From Macrostomum hystrix (lineage: Eukaryota > Animalia > Platyhelminthes): 64,000 bases of DNA. A program made the position numbers and the translations under genes. Every line of letters begins with the position of its first letter. The first letter of the stretch is position 1. The notes under the pieces were generated by a model. It saw nothing but the letters and a program-made list of their open reading frames with translations. It was not told the origin of the DNA and made no database searches. Location of the stretch: NCBI GenBank assembly GCA_950097015.1, contig CATNEN010000029.1, positions 620,001-684,000 on the forward strand, written 5' to 3'. Below, piece after piece: positions 18,201-28,802 of this stretch.

Positions 18201-20837
18201 TGTTTTAAGGCTGGCCGGCCGGTCCGGGCCCTGCCAGTTGCGTCACTGCCAACGAGCCGGGAGTTAAGATGCAGGCGCAGGCCGCCGGACAGCGGGTGCC
18301 AGACTAGCTCGGCTAGGCCCCACTCGTTCTCGGTCACCGAGCCGCCAGATGCGCGCCAGTCGCGCTGCTCACCGGACAATTCCGCCAGCAGGCGATTAGA
18401 CGAGTCTAAGCCGAGCCGGACACTGCCCAGTCTGGGGCCGGCAGTGAATAGCGCCAGATCCTGATGACCGAGCAGCGGCTTGAACAGCAGGCGGATGTAC
18501 AGGCCGCAGCTGCACTCCGACAGGTTGGCAAAGCAGCGCCCATCAGTTCCGGGATTGAGGGCCAGAAAGTCCGAATTCTCCGTCAGGGTGACGCCCTGCA
18601 GCGTCGAATAGGTGAGGCTGGCGCCGTGGCCGTCGTACAGAGTTGATAGGTTGGCATTCGGGGCGGCGAACACTGCATCGTAGCGGTCTGGCGGGCACTG
18701 GGCTGCAGGTGTGCAATTTGCAATAGTCAACGTACAATATGTACATCATAAGCGAGACCAAGGACCATTCGAAGTAGAAAGTTAAACTAGAACAAAAAAA
18801 TTGATATTTTCTTGGTTAAAAGCCTCGGGAAGTAGATCAGAAATCGCTGCAAGACATCGATGAAGCAACTTGCAATGCACCATATACTTAGATACTAATG
18901 CAGGATCCGTCTCACGGGCTCACAGTTGAGATAATTAATGATCAAAAACTGAATCCCGTCCCGCCAATGAAATTTTAGGAAAAGTTAGTCTTTAAAGAGT
19001 GCAATTTGCTTCTATCATACTTCTAATGGTCCGTGAGCGAGATTTATTTGTTCCACTGTCGCTGTGTGATTGTGGTTTTAACTGATGCACATTTAGAGAT
19101 GCTAATACCGGGATCCCGGATTCGAAAAATACCGGTTTTGGGCCATTTTTTCGGTATTACCAATACCGGTATTAGGGTCCGGTATTGGTCCGGTATTGGT
19201 CCGGTATTGGTCCGGTATTGGTCCGGTATTGGTCCGGTATTGGTCCGGTATTGGTCCGGTATTGGTCCGGTATTGGTCCGGTATTGGTCCGGTATTGGTC
19301 CGGTATTGGTCCGGTATTGGTCCGGTATTGGTCCGGTATTGGTCCGGTATTGGTCCGGTATTGGTCCGGTATTGGTCCGGTATTGGTCCGGTATTGGTCC
19401 GGTATTGGTCCGGTATTGGTCCGGTATTGGTCCGGTATTGGTCCGGTATTGGTCCGGTATTGGTCCGGTATTGGTCCGGTATTGGTCTAAGATCATGTCT
19501 GTATTAGAGATGCTAATACCGGGATCCCGGTTTCGAAAAATACCGGTTTTGGGTCATTTTTTCGGTATTATTCGGTATTTCGGTATTGGCGAAATTCCGG
19601 TATTGAATACCGGGATCCCGGTTTTGGGCAAGTCCAGTATTTTGGCATCCCTATCCACATTCCAGGCTTCTCTAACCAAAATTATACTTGTGCCCTACAG
19701 CATTTTTATGAAATCGCAACGTAGTGTTCTGTATAGAGAAGCAGAGTCAAGTGGTTGCCCACCCCAAGTTAATTCATGTAACAACAATTGTCTAGAGTCT
19801 TCCTGTGGATTCATAACAATTTTCAGAACGAATCAGTTAGCCACGCTGATAAAGGAAAAAATCTATATACGAGCTACGAAGCTTTGTAATGAGTGCGCAA
19901 TTCACTTTGATGGGCTCATTTTCGGTGGATGAAGTCGCAAATTAACTTGAGTTCAAAATGCACGTAGCAGACGTTTTTTGCAAAGAACGCAATTTTCTGA
20001 AGCAAGCAGCAATCTGCGCAGCATGATTAACAGTTCTAATCTGCCTCAATGCTTCATTGAGAAGTATGCGTGTACTAGTGTTGCTTTGATACGAGCTAAA
20101 TCCAATTTTAAACGGTCTGCATATGGTTTTAGCCTGTCGCTGTGTGTCTGTCTATGTGATCTATCTACGAGTATAATAGTAAATTTATCTAGGGATTCTA
20201 TGCAAGTATATAAATCAAAAGATTATATACTATAGTTTATCTAACTATAGATTCTGTTCTAGTAGATCTATCTCAAGATTCAATAAAAGTATAAGTATCT
20301 TGAGATTCTGTACTAGTTGATCTATCTATAGATTCGATACTAGAAGATCTATCTAGAGATTTTATACTAGTATATGTATCTAGAGATTCTATACTTGTAG
20401 ATCTATCTAGAGATTCTATACTAGTAGATCTATCTAGAGATTCTTCGCTAGTAGATCTATCTAGAGATTCTTCGCTAGTAGATCTATCTAGAGATTCTAT
20501 ACTAGTAGATCTATCTAGAGATTCTATACTTGTAGATCTATCTAGAGATTCTATACTAGTAGATCTATCTAGAGATTCTTCGCTAGTAGATCTATCTAGA
20601 GATTCTTCGCTAGTAGATCTCTCTAGAGATTCTTCGCTAGTAGATCTATCTAGAGATTCTATACTAGTTAGACACAATCAATCGTGACCCTACCTGACCC
20701 CCTGACCCCCATTGAATTGAGTCTATACCAATCAACGCAAATGACTCACCGTTAGTGGATTTGCCTATACGAACTGCTCCAGTGCCTATTAGGTAGGCCA
20801 GCTGTAGCACCAAGCACTGCTGCAGCAGGCACTTCAT
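2722..20837 (-). CDS. Neurexin-superfamily-like LamG/EGF single-pass membrane protein, >=15 exons, >=2412 aa; last exon(s) beyond the window
   Basis: Exons join by GT-AG with matching phases: 20750-20837, 18046-18702, 13407-14658, 13158-13302, 11975-12612, 11200-11628, 9801-10138, 9101-9360, 7999-8131, 6819-7254, 5081-6654, 4905-4985, 4141-4368, 3427-3899, 2722-3228. The product has a signal peptide, LamG motifs (FRT, WH.V, GC), EGF cysteines and a TM helix. The last two exons need three single-base frame corrections. Confidence 0.85.
3427..3899 (-). CDS. LamG/EGF gene exon: sixth LamG (two +1 frame breaks near 3837 and 3757)
   Basis: TPWGF...AYLHV, QLSQAVVSESFRLRFQTYQARTVLAT and VFNRRGQFWQLFLKGG...FLGALG lie in three successive frames. 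Donor GTGAGT. Confidence 0.7.
4141..4368 (-). CDS. LamG/EGF gene exon: end of LamG5 plus EGF
   Basis: FRWNG...CADSPSYCGPWGACQESSFGLTCVCTLPRYGPRCNK. TTTCAG acceptor, GTGAGT donor, phase 1-1. Confidence 0.9.
4660..4835 (-). mobile_element. tRNA-derived SINE, family B
   Basis: The minus-strand head has an A-box-like GCCTAGTGAT and a B box GGTTCGATTCC. The body core CAGCTGTTCAGTCCATGGACTG recurs near 3950-3980, 26590-26620, 30835-30870 and 61665-61730. Confidence 0.7.
4905..4985 (-). CDS. LamG/EGF gene exon (81 nt), part of LamG5
   Basis: MNNFPYHQIIFGADARGQNLFSGVIG. TTCCAG acceptor, GTGAGC donor, phase 1-1. Confidence 0.85.
5081..6654 (-). CDS. LamG/EGF gene exon: LamG4 C-terminal half, six EGF repeats, LamG5 N-terminal part
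   Basis: Open for 1574 nt: FFGLELFGGRLRY...GRWHRV, six EGF-like Cys repeats, GFQTFRGTGTIL...YHTVYIER. Donor GTGAGT. Confidence 0.93.
6819..7254 (-). CDS. LamG/EGF gene exon: end of LamG3, Pro/Thr linker, start of LamG4
   Basis: IEIGG...FVGSMQNF...PPHVTPTSAPPTRP...LSFRTRASNGLL. Phase 1-2. Confidence 0.9.
7436..7985. repeat. 36-bp intronic minisatellite
   Basis: Unit GAGCCGTTTAATCCCAGCTGACACTCAAATCCCCTT, about 15 copies. Confidence 0.9.
7999..8131 (-). CDS. LamG/EGF gene exon, LamG3 middle
   Basis: YNDDQWHTLIVKRRANTLEFYVD. Phase 0-1, donor GTGAGT. Confidence 0.9.
8839..9054. mobile_element. MITE-like element with about 33-bp imperfect terminal inverted repeats
   Basis: TTTTGTTGTCTATGGTAAAACCTG near 8849-8872 and CAGTTTTTACCATAGACAACAAGAA near 9022-9046. 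Confidence 0.6.
9101..9360 (-). CDS. LamG/EGF gene exon, LamG3 N-terminal part
   Basis: VDGNEQFLVVRF...ISIRFKTSHPTGCLF. Phase 1-0. Confidence 0.88.
9500..9712. repeat. Degenerate minisatellite, unit about 20 bp
   Basis: CTATCTACCTCTCTACTGAC-like units. Confidence 0.7.
9801..10138 (-). CDS. LamG/EGF gene exon: end of LamG2 plus an expanded-loop EGF
   Basis: GRKVGC...FFCDC...SFLGAPCSE. Phase 2-1 fits both neighbours; donor GTAAGC. Confidence 0.75.
10985..11130 (-). mobile_element. tRNA-derived SINE, family A
   Basis: Shares GGCCCTCAAGG...AAATTGCACGACAAGC...GCGAGAGGCAAACGCGTTA with 54070-54252. Confidence 0.7.
11200..11628 (-). CDS. LamG/EGF gene exon, LamG2
   Basis: FLLLEIFDGVLYF...PHIVRLWVDG...TYVG...FYGCI. 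Phase 2-2, donor GTGAGC. Confidence 0.85.
11680..11885. repeat. 23-bp intronic minisatellite
   Basis: Unit CATAGCAACCTACCACAGAACAC, about 9 copies. Confidence 0.9.
11975..12612 (-). CDS. LamG/EGF gene exon: LamG1 C-terminal part, polyproline linker, start of LamG2
   Basis: DGLLHIEY...LHDGQQHSVLVRK...FTGDVTG...PPPPPPPPP...IEFLTNEPRGVLFY. Phase 0-2. Confidence 0.9.
13158..13302 (-). CDS. LamG/EGF gene exon, start of LamG1
   Basis: DGQVAYSF...LDLRFRTRQLDALLWY. Phase 2-0, donor GTGAGT. Confidence 0.9.
13407..14658 (-). CDS. LamG/EGF gene exon: two ConA/LamG3-like jellyroll domains
   Basis: CLANLAKCGRGFTLRAW...WQLVEFTWQRGGLGLRLFVNG and NLTISWQREAGLFVYVD. Phase 1-2. Confidence 0.85.
15695..16627. 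repeat. 29-bp intronic minisatellite
   Basis: Unit CCTACCCGCTCTTGGTCATTCGGTAGGTT, about 32 copies. Confidence 0.92.
17160..17243 (-). CDS. Candidate symmetric 84-nt linker/cassette exon of the LamG/EGF gene
   Basis: TTTGTAG acceptor, GTAGGT donor, phase 1-1, stop-free AVSDSTSSQSTSLMLADQAIEPTGSVAD. Confidence 0.45.
18046..18702 (-). CDS. LamG/EGF gene exon: first ConA/LamG3-like domain
   Basis: CFANLSECSCGLYIRL...WGLAELVWHPLSGGLRLHLN. Phase 1-1, donor GTAAGA. Confidence 0.85.
19094..19653. mobile_element. hAT-type MITE with a duplicated left end and an internal 11-bp array
   Basis: Ends TAGAGATGC and GCATCCCTA are inverted and resemble the Ac-type TAGGGATG terminus. The 8-bp flanks TGCACATT and TCCACATT match 7/8. 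ATACCG motifs are subterminal, and a second left end starts at 19505. Confidence 0.75.
19176..19483. repeat. Perfect 11-bp tandem array, 28 copies
   Basis: Unit GGTCCGGTATT. Confidence 0.95.
20290..20665. repeat. 27-bp palindrome-rich minisatellite
   Basis: Unit TAGTAGATCTATCTAGAGATTCTATAC, with a CTTCGC variant. Confidence 0.9.
20750..20837 (-). CDS. LamG/EGF gene first coding exon A (signal peptide)
   Basis: MKCLLQQCLVLQLAYLIGTGAVRIGKSTN plus 1 nt, then GTGAGT. Phase 1 matches the acceptor at 18702. Confidence 0.75.
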
Positions 20838-23800
20838 GTTCCGTTGTTGTACTTTTGTTGTTTAGTTGATTTTCTCTATTGTTTAAGTTGTTCTAGTTGT
20901 CGCATCTCATCTAACATGAATTTCGGATTGCCAAAAACAAAGTCTAATTTTACTAAAAAATTTTTTTCTTGTATCGACTTCAGCACGAGTTCTTAATAGC
21001 AGCAAAAAACACTGGGCCCAGCAAATGGCAAATGGCTCTGCTTGGCTAAAGCAGCCTTCCTTTGGAGTCTCTCCGAGAGTGTTTTCTTGGCTCTGGGTCT
21101 ATATTCTGCGGTGCCTCCGCCCCTCCTCCGTGGCAGTGCTGCACAATTCCGCTGACAGATAGAATGCGTAAAAATGCCTGCACGACCCGAACAGAGGAAG
21201 GGTAAAAAAAGTTTTATAGTTGGAATCTGAAGCTGAGAATGAGAAATGAGAAAGCTATTTGAGTCTGAGAATTGTTAGGAGTACTCAGAGAGTCAGACAC
21301 TGTACGAGTCCAGTAGAGAAGGTGGGCGTGCGACTAGTGGTTTTTTTAAATGCATGTGTAATGTATATATATAGCAAAAGAGCCACCGTAAAAGTTGGGT
21401 AAAGAGTAAAGATGTTTACGAGACCCTGAATTGTTTTCTCGGGGGGGGCATGAACTGGAAAATCTAAGGAAACTGATTCTCAGCTTTGACTCTGAGACAA
21501 GAACTGGCCAGCGGTGTTCCGCTGAGTACCCACCGTCTTACTCTCTTAGCGAAAGAATAAATAAAATATTCAAACAACAAAGCCTTTATTTGGCTTCTAT
21601 AGTCTGTTTACTAATCTGTGCTTTTTCTTTAACTATAAAGGAAAGAGAAATGATGCTACTGATAATGCTGAACCAGAAGAGACTTAGGGGGAGGGGTGGG
21701 CGGAGCAAACAGAACAGACACCTTCCACTCGGTTTATCTAGGCCACTGCGATATGCGATACGGCAGCTCTGATAGGAAACTGATAGGAATAGGAAATAGG
21801 AAAGGCCGAATGATGATGGATGATGACGAGCCTGGGCGCCGGACTCCGGTGCTGCTGTCTCCAAATTTCGATGCTATTTCTCGTGCTCGCTAGCTTTGGT
21901 GGTGTAAGTAGTGAATGGAAAGCACGGGGGATTTTTGGCGTGCTTTAAAAGTCTCCCAACAACCTCTCCTCAGAGTGCGAAACAATGTTCTAGTGCACAT
22001 TAGTGGGGAGTATTTTGGCCAAAGGGAGTCTTTCCTACTCTTCCCTTTGCTCTCAGTATTCTCCTCTAGTGTCCCTAGCAGCTCAGTCCTCAAAGTACAC
22101 TGCATCAGTTGCGACACGATACAGGGAGGGCCATAGACGAGGTGGAGTTCTTTGTACATTAGGCAGTCGGAAGTACGCTCACGTCCTCCCCCGCCTCAGC
22201 CCCGCACAGAGAGGCTAAATTTTCTTGTCTAACCCCAACCCCAACCCGCGCGCACAACGGAGATGAGGTGGTGGGGCGAGGCCGACGCCTTTTACGCCCG
22301 GGTGAGGGAGAGAGACTCTCAGGCCATCACCCCGACCCTTCAAATTCCTTCCCCCCCCCCCGACTCCTTTCCCTTGGCCAGGCAGGCCCAAAAAAATACG
22401 CAGTCCACCAAAAGCGGAACCGTTGTTTGTTAACTGTTACGTAAAGCCCACGGCCAGGATGATCCGCGCGGGTCTTTACCTTTCCTAGCTTCTTAGGCTT
22501 CTGACCAATTTTTAACCTTAGCGAACCAAATCTGCCGGATGAGTCATCGCGACCGTCATCCGTTCCAAATTTGATGCCAACCGATGGGACCAGGTCACCA
22601 GCGTAAATGCGGAAAACTGTTGCCGTACCAGAAAGAGCCTATAGAAGGACTATTTTCAGCCGAGCCAGAATTAGAAGCCAGAACGAAGTCGTCAGGAGGA
22701 TGTTTAGTGCGCCTCCCACATTCGCTGCCAGATAGTCTTATGTTCCCCCTCCCAGTTTTCCTAAACTGATGGCGCAAAGGATTATTAGGGAACAGGACGC
22801 AAGAGGAATGCCAATCCTTCGAGCGACAGTTTTGGCGGCTTGGGTGGCTATTTTAAGGCTTTATTTAGTCAAGCCGCAGCAAGGAATGCACAACAGGCTT
22901 GCCAAGTACGCGTCTAGACTGACGATCGATGTTGTAAACAAATTCCAAAAAAGAATTTCGAATTTTTTCTGCCAACACGTGCGCTTGCTCCCTCCCGTTT
23001 CATTGACGGCTCTATTACGAGATATAATTCTTACGTTTCATTCGTCTATGGAAGCTCAGTTAAATCGATATGATACATAGCTAATTGTGCGCTGAGTAAT
23101 CAACTTACAGAAACATAAGATGAAAGAATATTGTCGGCTGCCTGATCAACTTACAGAACAGAAGGAAGCTCGTTATTATTATAATTCCTGTTAAAAAGAG
23201 CTTCGCTTCCTAAAAAATAGGAACCATTCACCCATCAGAGAAACGGGCATTGCTTACCCCGGTCCCCGACCCTTAAAATATTTTTCTCACAGCCGACGTC
23301 TGCTCAGACGCGATGCTAGTTTGAGCACACCGCATGCTCACCTATTTGAATCAAGCCTTGTATTAGCAATAAAGAATAAAAGTGGCAGCTATTCATATAC
23401 TTGACAGAGATTGTGTGTTTTGTGCTAATGTCTCAAGGGTCCCTAGTTTTAACAGTCTGTTCGCTCTGGCATGCAACATTCTTTAACTATTTAATATTGC
23501 CAAGTATAAGGAATAAGTTTAAGATGAATTGTTGTGCCAGCCGAGTAGTCTGGGACTATTTGACAGAAAGATCCGACAGTTTCAGTGCAAATGTAGGCAG
23601 TTAGTACAGTTGGACTGCTAAAACGGGCGGGAGATCAAGCAAACTTCGAAATTTCATTGTCTAAAGTCCAGTCACAACTGCACGACTCCCCCTAAAGCTT
23701 TCTATACCGTGCCATTTAAATTTAATGCGTCAAAATACTAAATTACATCGCCATGCGAAAACATTTTAACGCATACTCGTATTGTGTTTAGATATCGCGG

Positions 23801-24482
23801 GCCATATCGTGGAAATAATCGTCAGTGTGCTGCCCCGGAATTCGTAGTCTATGGCCGAATTTGTGCCAGAAAATTAAACGGATATGTAACGTATATCTAA
23901 CACATTTAACCATTGTAGATCGATTGAACGTAGGTTTTGTCATTAATACACCATTTTACCCTCAATTTTGAACTTTGTATTACTACCAAGGACACACTAA
24001 GCAATTCGTCCACTGCTTATGGACATACGGACAGACATATCTATATATTCTTACGACCTTCCGACTCGGAAACTCGGAAACCACAAGCTAGCTTGCGAGA
24101 CGCTAAAAGCTGCAAAGTCTCATACAAAACAGAATTAGCACATTGTAGTGAAAAGTTTAAAATACAATTCGACATTGTATAGTCCCCATTCGATATGAAT
24201 TTATTAGAGGAATGATAAAGATGGTCAAAAACTTTGAAAGTCTTTGAATACGAAAAAGCATTTCACTAGAAAGTCGCGATATTACCTTTATTTCGCCTCT
24301 TTTTATCCTCGTTACTTTCATTTTCTTTCTGTTTTCGCTTTTATATATATTGAACTGAACCAGTTTTTTGTAAAAAAGCAAATACGAGTCATAATAATTC
24401 AGTTCCCTAGCAATTTTTCTAAGTGTTCCGGCTAAAAAATGACTATAACTCAGTTATTGACAAAGTACAATTCTATACTTAC

Positions 24483-24633
24483 TAGTGTCAATTGAGACAG
24501 CGACAGAAGAATCCACTAGAAGCAGCAGCAATGTCATTAGCAGCATGAGCAACGAGACGGTTGCTCCACCTTTAGTTGATGTTGTTGTTGAGCGTTGAGG
24601 CTCCTGACCATGAGGAAGCAGCTCAGTCGTCAT
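24483..24633 (-). CDS. Candidate alternative first coding exon B (signal peptide) of the LamG/EGF gene
   Basis: MTTELLPHGQEPQRSTTTSTKGGATVSLLMLLMTLLLLLVDSSVAVSIDT plus 1 nt, then GTAAGT. Phase 1. Confidence 0.6.
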
Positions 24634-25702
24634 TCCGATGAGATGGCGCCGCCCCGTTATCGAGATATCTCAGGTGCGCGCATAAATAAACAAAAAATCT
24701 GTCTAATTTCTAGAATGCTGATTAATAAATGACGCTCGTATATTTTTCACCGGGAGAATACCTTGTTAAAAGGAGACTGAAAAGAATGTATTAGTCCTGG
24801 TTGAAGCAACCAGGTAAAATGAGGTACAGCGAAGGTGTACTGCCGAAACTTTATATATATATATGTAAATATGTATAGGCCCTACTATCGGCTAGGTGGT
24901 TGCTGCATGCAGCATTGTTGCAGGAGGCGAGGCGCGGAGGATAAAGAGGGGATTGGAGCGTGGCGATTGAAAGGCTGCTGCCGATGCTGCTGTTTGGGGG
25001 TGGCGCGGCCTGGGCTTCCTGCGGTAGACGGCGCTTCCCGGTTGGCTGCAGGCTCCGATGGCGACTGTTGCTTCTGCTTTTTTTAAACCAAATTCGCCAG
25101 AACTTCCCCTCGAATTCTGTCCCTATCTATCAGTGTTGTGCGCAAAGAGATGGCTAAAGTTTGGTGCAGCAAATAAAGATCATAACAAACGTTTCCGGCA
25201 TATAGCTCGTAATTTATGCTTTTTCGCTAACATTCATTCATTTCATAGCTTGTTCGGTATTTGCTAGGCACCAATTTAGCCTGCCCTTTTATGATACGAT
25301 ATTTCATGCTCACAACAGGCGATCCTTAGTGATAGTGATGGTGGTGGTGGTGACAAACCCACCACCACCACTGGTGTCTTTTATGCAAGGCAGCCGAATA
25401 TTATTGCAAAAAATGCCAGACTTACAAATCTAAATATTGTTCGTTTGCACTCTCTCTCAGGAGCACGCATTTTCGTGTCAGGACTAATTGGGCAGCTTTG
25501 GCGCTGTCAAGCTGCTACAAGCATTCCTCAAAAAATGTTAATTGTCTATAATTGGTACCTGGGAAATTTTTGGAAAACGTATAGCCGCTACTAGCACTAC
25601 AGGAACCAATCTATCATATTATGTCTAGAGCAGGACAAAGACAAATAAATGATCTGAAAGAACACAGCAGAATGAATAGACAAAAAACTAAAACATGATG
25701 CT

Positions 25703-26180
25703 GAGAGATCAGACACGGGAGAGATCAGACATGGGGGAGATCAGACATGGGAGAGATCAGACACGGGGGAGATCAGACATGGGAGAGATCGGACACGGGG
25801 GAGATCAGACACTGGAGAGATCGGACACGGGAGAGATCAGACACGGGAGAGATCAGACACGGGAGAGATCAGACACGGGAGAGATCGGACACGGGAGAGA
25901 TCAGACACGGGAGAGATCAGACACGGGAGAGATCAGACATGGGGGGAGATCAGACATGGGAGAGATCAGACACGGGGGAGATCAGACACGGGAGAGATCA
26001 GACATGGGGGAGATCAGACATGGGAGAGATCAGACACGGGGGAGATCAGACATGGGAGAGATCGGACACGGGGGAGATCAGACACTGGAGAGATCAGACA
26101 CGGGAGAGATCAGACACGGGGAGATCAGACACGGGGGAGATCAGACACGGGGAGATCAGATACGGGGGATATCAGATCAG
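25703..26180. repeat. Purine-rich minisatellite, unit about 16 bp
   Basis: Unit GGGAGAGATCAGACAC with G-run length variants. Confidence 0.9.
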
Positions 26181-27329
26181 ATAAGACTATAGCTAATGCG
26201 AGCCGTAACTTGCCCTTGGGACAGGAAGTTGCTGATCCTACAATGGCTTTCCGAACAGCTCATAAAACATTCCTCCACATTGCGGACCTGTTTATTGCTC
26301 TGTCCAATGTCTATCCATGATATTAAAAAAGGTTTTTTAAAGATGAATTTATGCACGCGACAGCGCAGTTTCGTATTTCAAGTTATTACTGACTGCAGTA
26401 AAGTTTCCCTCATGTCGAAAAATATGTCGGATTCAGGTTATGGTTGTGCTTGTAAAAGCTTGGAAAGACCGTTTTGCCTACAACTAAACTTGGAAGGTGG
26501 CTCGTACTTGACCAGGGAAAATACAGCAGAAAATCTGAAGTTATAAAACCTGCCAAGTTCGGCCTGATGTACAGTGAGTGGTGTAGGGACTGTGTACAGC
26601 TGTTCAGTCTATGAACTCTAGAACCCTTGGGCTAAGATTCGAACCCCCAGACCTCTGGGTTTGTAGTCTAAAGCTTTAACCACTAGAATACAGGCCTTTT
26701 TTCAGATGAGAGGCAACCATAGAAGGACATTCTTGAAGTCTAGTGGAGAATCAGTAGAGATTCTGAAGCGCAAAAGCAATTAAAAAAGCAGAAAAACGTA
26801 AAGTCAAGCAAGGAAGCACTCTATAAGTGGTCTAGTTTGGTCTTGTGTGTCTGGGATTTGCACTCGAGTTTCGAAACCTATTTTAGATCCCTTTATTTAG
26901 CGCGCCAATAGCAGACACAACAAGAACATCTACGGAGTGGCACGCAGAATGCAGATACCGCACATAGTCAGCCCCGCTGCATTCCCCAGACACTGGGGGT
27001 GGGCAGTTTTTGGGATTGTGAAAAATGCCACGAAATCTGAGAGTCGAAGTGCATATAGATTAGGTGTTTATATTGGCAACGACCTCAGTTACCTTCCACT
27101 GTAATCAAGGAGTAGAAGAAACCACCTAGAGGCGGCCTCTCCAAACGATTACAATCGCCATTTGCATCGTTTGCAAAGTAGAATATCAGGATAAATAAAT
27201 AAAAGCAAAGGGTTCCGAAGCGTGCTGGCAACTACGAGCTATAATGAGGATTACATAAATATTACCATATTTGTACTTTGCTCGAACTTGAACTCTTTGA
27301 AGATTGCTTGACCTGGGAGACTGGAAGAA

Positions 27330-27880
27330 GTTGCTTCTGTAGCCAAGTGGAGGACCGGAAGGAGTTGCTGCAGCCAAGTGGAGGACCGGAAGGAGTTGCT
27401 GCTGCAGCCAAGTGGAGGACCGGAAGGAGTTGCTGCTGCAGCCAAGTGGAGGACCGGAAGGAGTTGCTGCTGCAGCCAAGTGGAGGACCGGAAGGAGTTG
27501 CTGCTGTAGCCAAGTGGAGGACCGGAAGGAGTTGCTGCTGCAGCCAAGTGGAGGACCGGAAGGAGTTGCTGCTGTAGCCAAGTGGAGGACCGGAAGGAGT
27601 TGCTGCTGTAGCCAAGTGGAGGACCGGAAGGAGTTGCTGCTGTAGCCAAGTGGAGGACCGGAAGGAGTTGCTGCTGCAGCCAAGTGGAGGACCGGAAGGA
27701 GTTGCTGCTGTAGCCAAGTGGAGGACCGGAAGGAGTTGCTGCTGTAGCCAAGTGGAGGACCGGAAGGAGTTGCTGCTGTAGCCAAGTGGAGGACCGGAAG
27801 GAGTTGCTGCTGTAGCCAAGTGGAGGACCGGAAGGAGTTGATGCTGTAGCCAAGTGGAGGACCGGAAGGAGTTGATGCTG
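27330..27880. repeat. 34-bp minisatellite
   Basis: Unit GGAGTTGCTGCTGTAGCCAAGTGGAGGACCGGAA, about 16 copies. Confidence 0.92.
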
Positions 27881-28802
27881 TAGTAAAGTGGGTGACAGGA
27901 AGAACTGACAGAGTGGCCATAGCAGCAGACCAAAGAGCTAATTGGTTAACTCGTACCTACTGTGCACGTAACATACAGGTAGACATTCTGAATTAGATCA
28001 AAATGCGCATTTTTAAACGCAAGAAGTACAGTTAAGTGCATCGAAGAGTGAAATATATATATTAGAATTACAGACCTAGCAGAGTGCAGAACTTTCTTCT
28101 CGGTAATTGCTTGGCAAATTTCCTTACACAGTCCGTTGGACAGAAGTGTAATGTTTTCTTAGCTGCTTATATTTTCCTGCTTTAAATCTTCGATCTTCGA
28201 CATTGAATATATCTTGCTTAAATCAGACTCATATCTGAGTGATCTGGAGTTCGAATCTCATCCCGGTTGAAGCAATTCTTCCGAGAGTTCATCATTTCAT
28301 TTTGTCGGATTGCTTATAAAAATTGCTCACATCGAATACAAATACTTATGCTGCCACTTTAAGTAGCGTAAATCGGACAGCATCAGCTAAAGAAATTTAA
28401 TATATTAATAAATATAATTTAACAAGTATTTTCCCTTACTGCCACTACTAGTAGAGCTGGTAGGGCATGCAAATACCAAAAAATAACAATATTATCGATC
28501 GGTTCATATTTGCGCTTTTCCTAAAGATAATTGCACTCAGATAGATAAACCGCCTTAACATTTTACAGGGATTCATCAAATCCAAATTGTTCCTTATTTA
28601 GTTAATTCATTTCGTTCACCCGGATGTAGAATAACTAGTAGGTACACTGATACGCTCGATTAGCTGTGTTAGAAGCTTGGGTCGGTCTGGCGACCTTTGC
28701 CGCGCGGATCTACGTGTGGATATGGCCCATTTCTAGATGTCGCGAAAATAGGATAGATATTATGCTTTCATTTGAATTAATAAATTTGCAGAACTTGCCC
28801 TT

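Noticed and set aside
22200-23080. Promoter-like region and ORFs 22584-22769 and 22769-23080
   Set aside because: No recognisable protein motif and no convincing splice partners, so no feature can be supported.
23990-24100. Helentron/DINE-like motif (GGACATACGGACAGACAT...TATATATT)
   Set aside because: The resemblance is too short and I found no termini.
19033-27933. Repetitive ORFs (VRYWSGIGPVL, SIESLDR, GEIRHG, SSTWLQQQ) and similar ones at 7684, 15882, 38506, 41633 and 57509
   Set aside because: They are translations of tandem arrays with no splice or start support.
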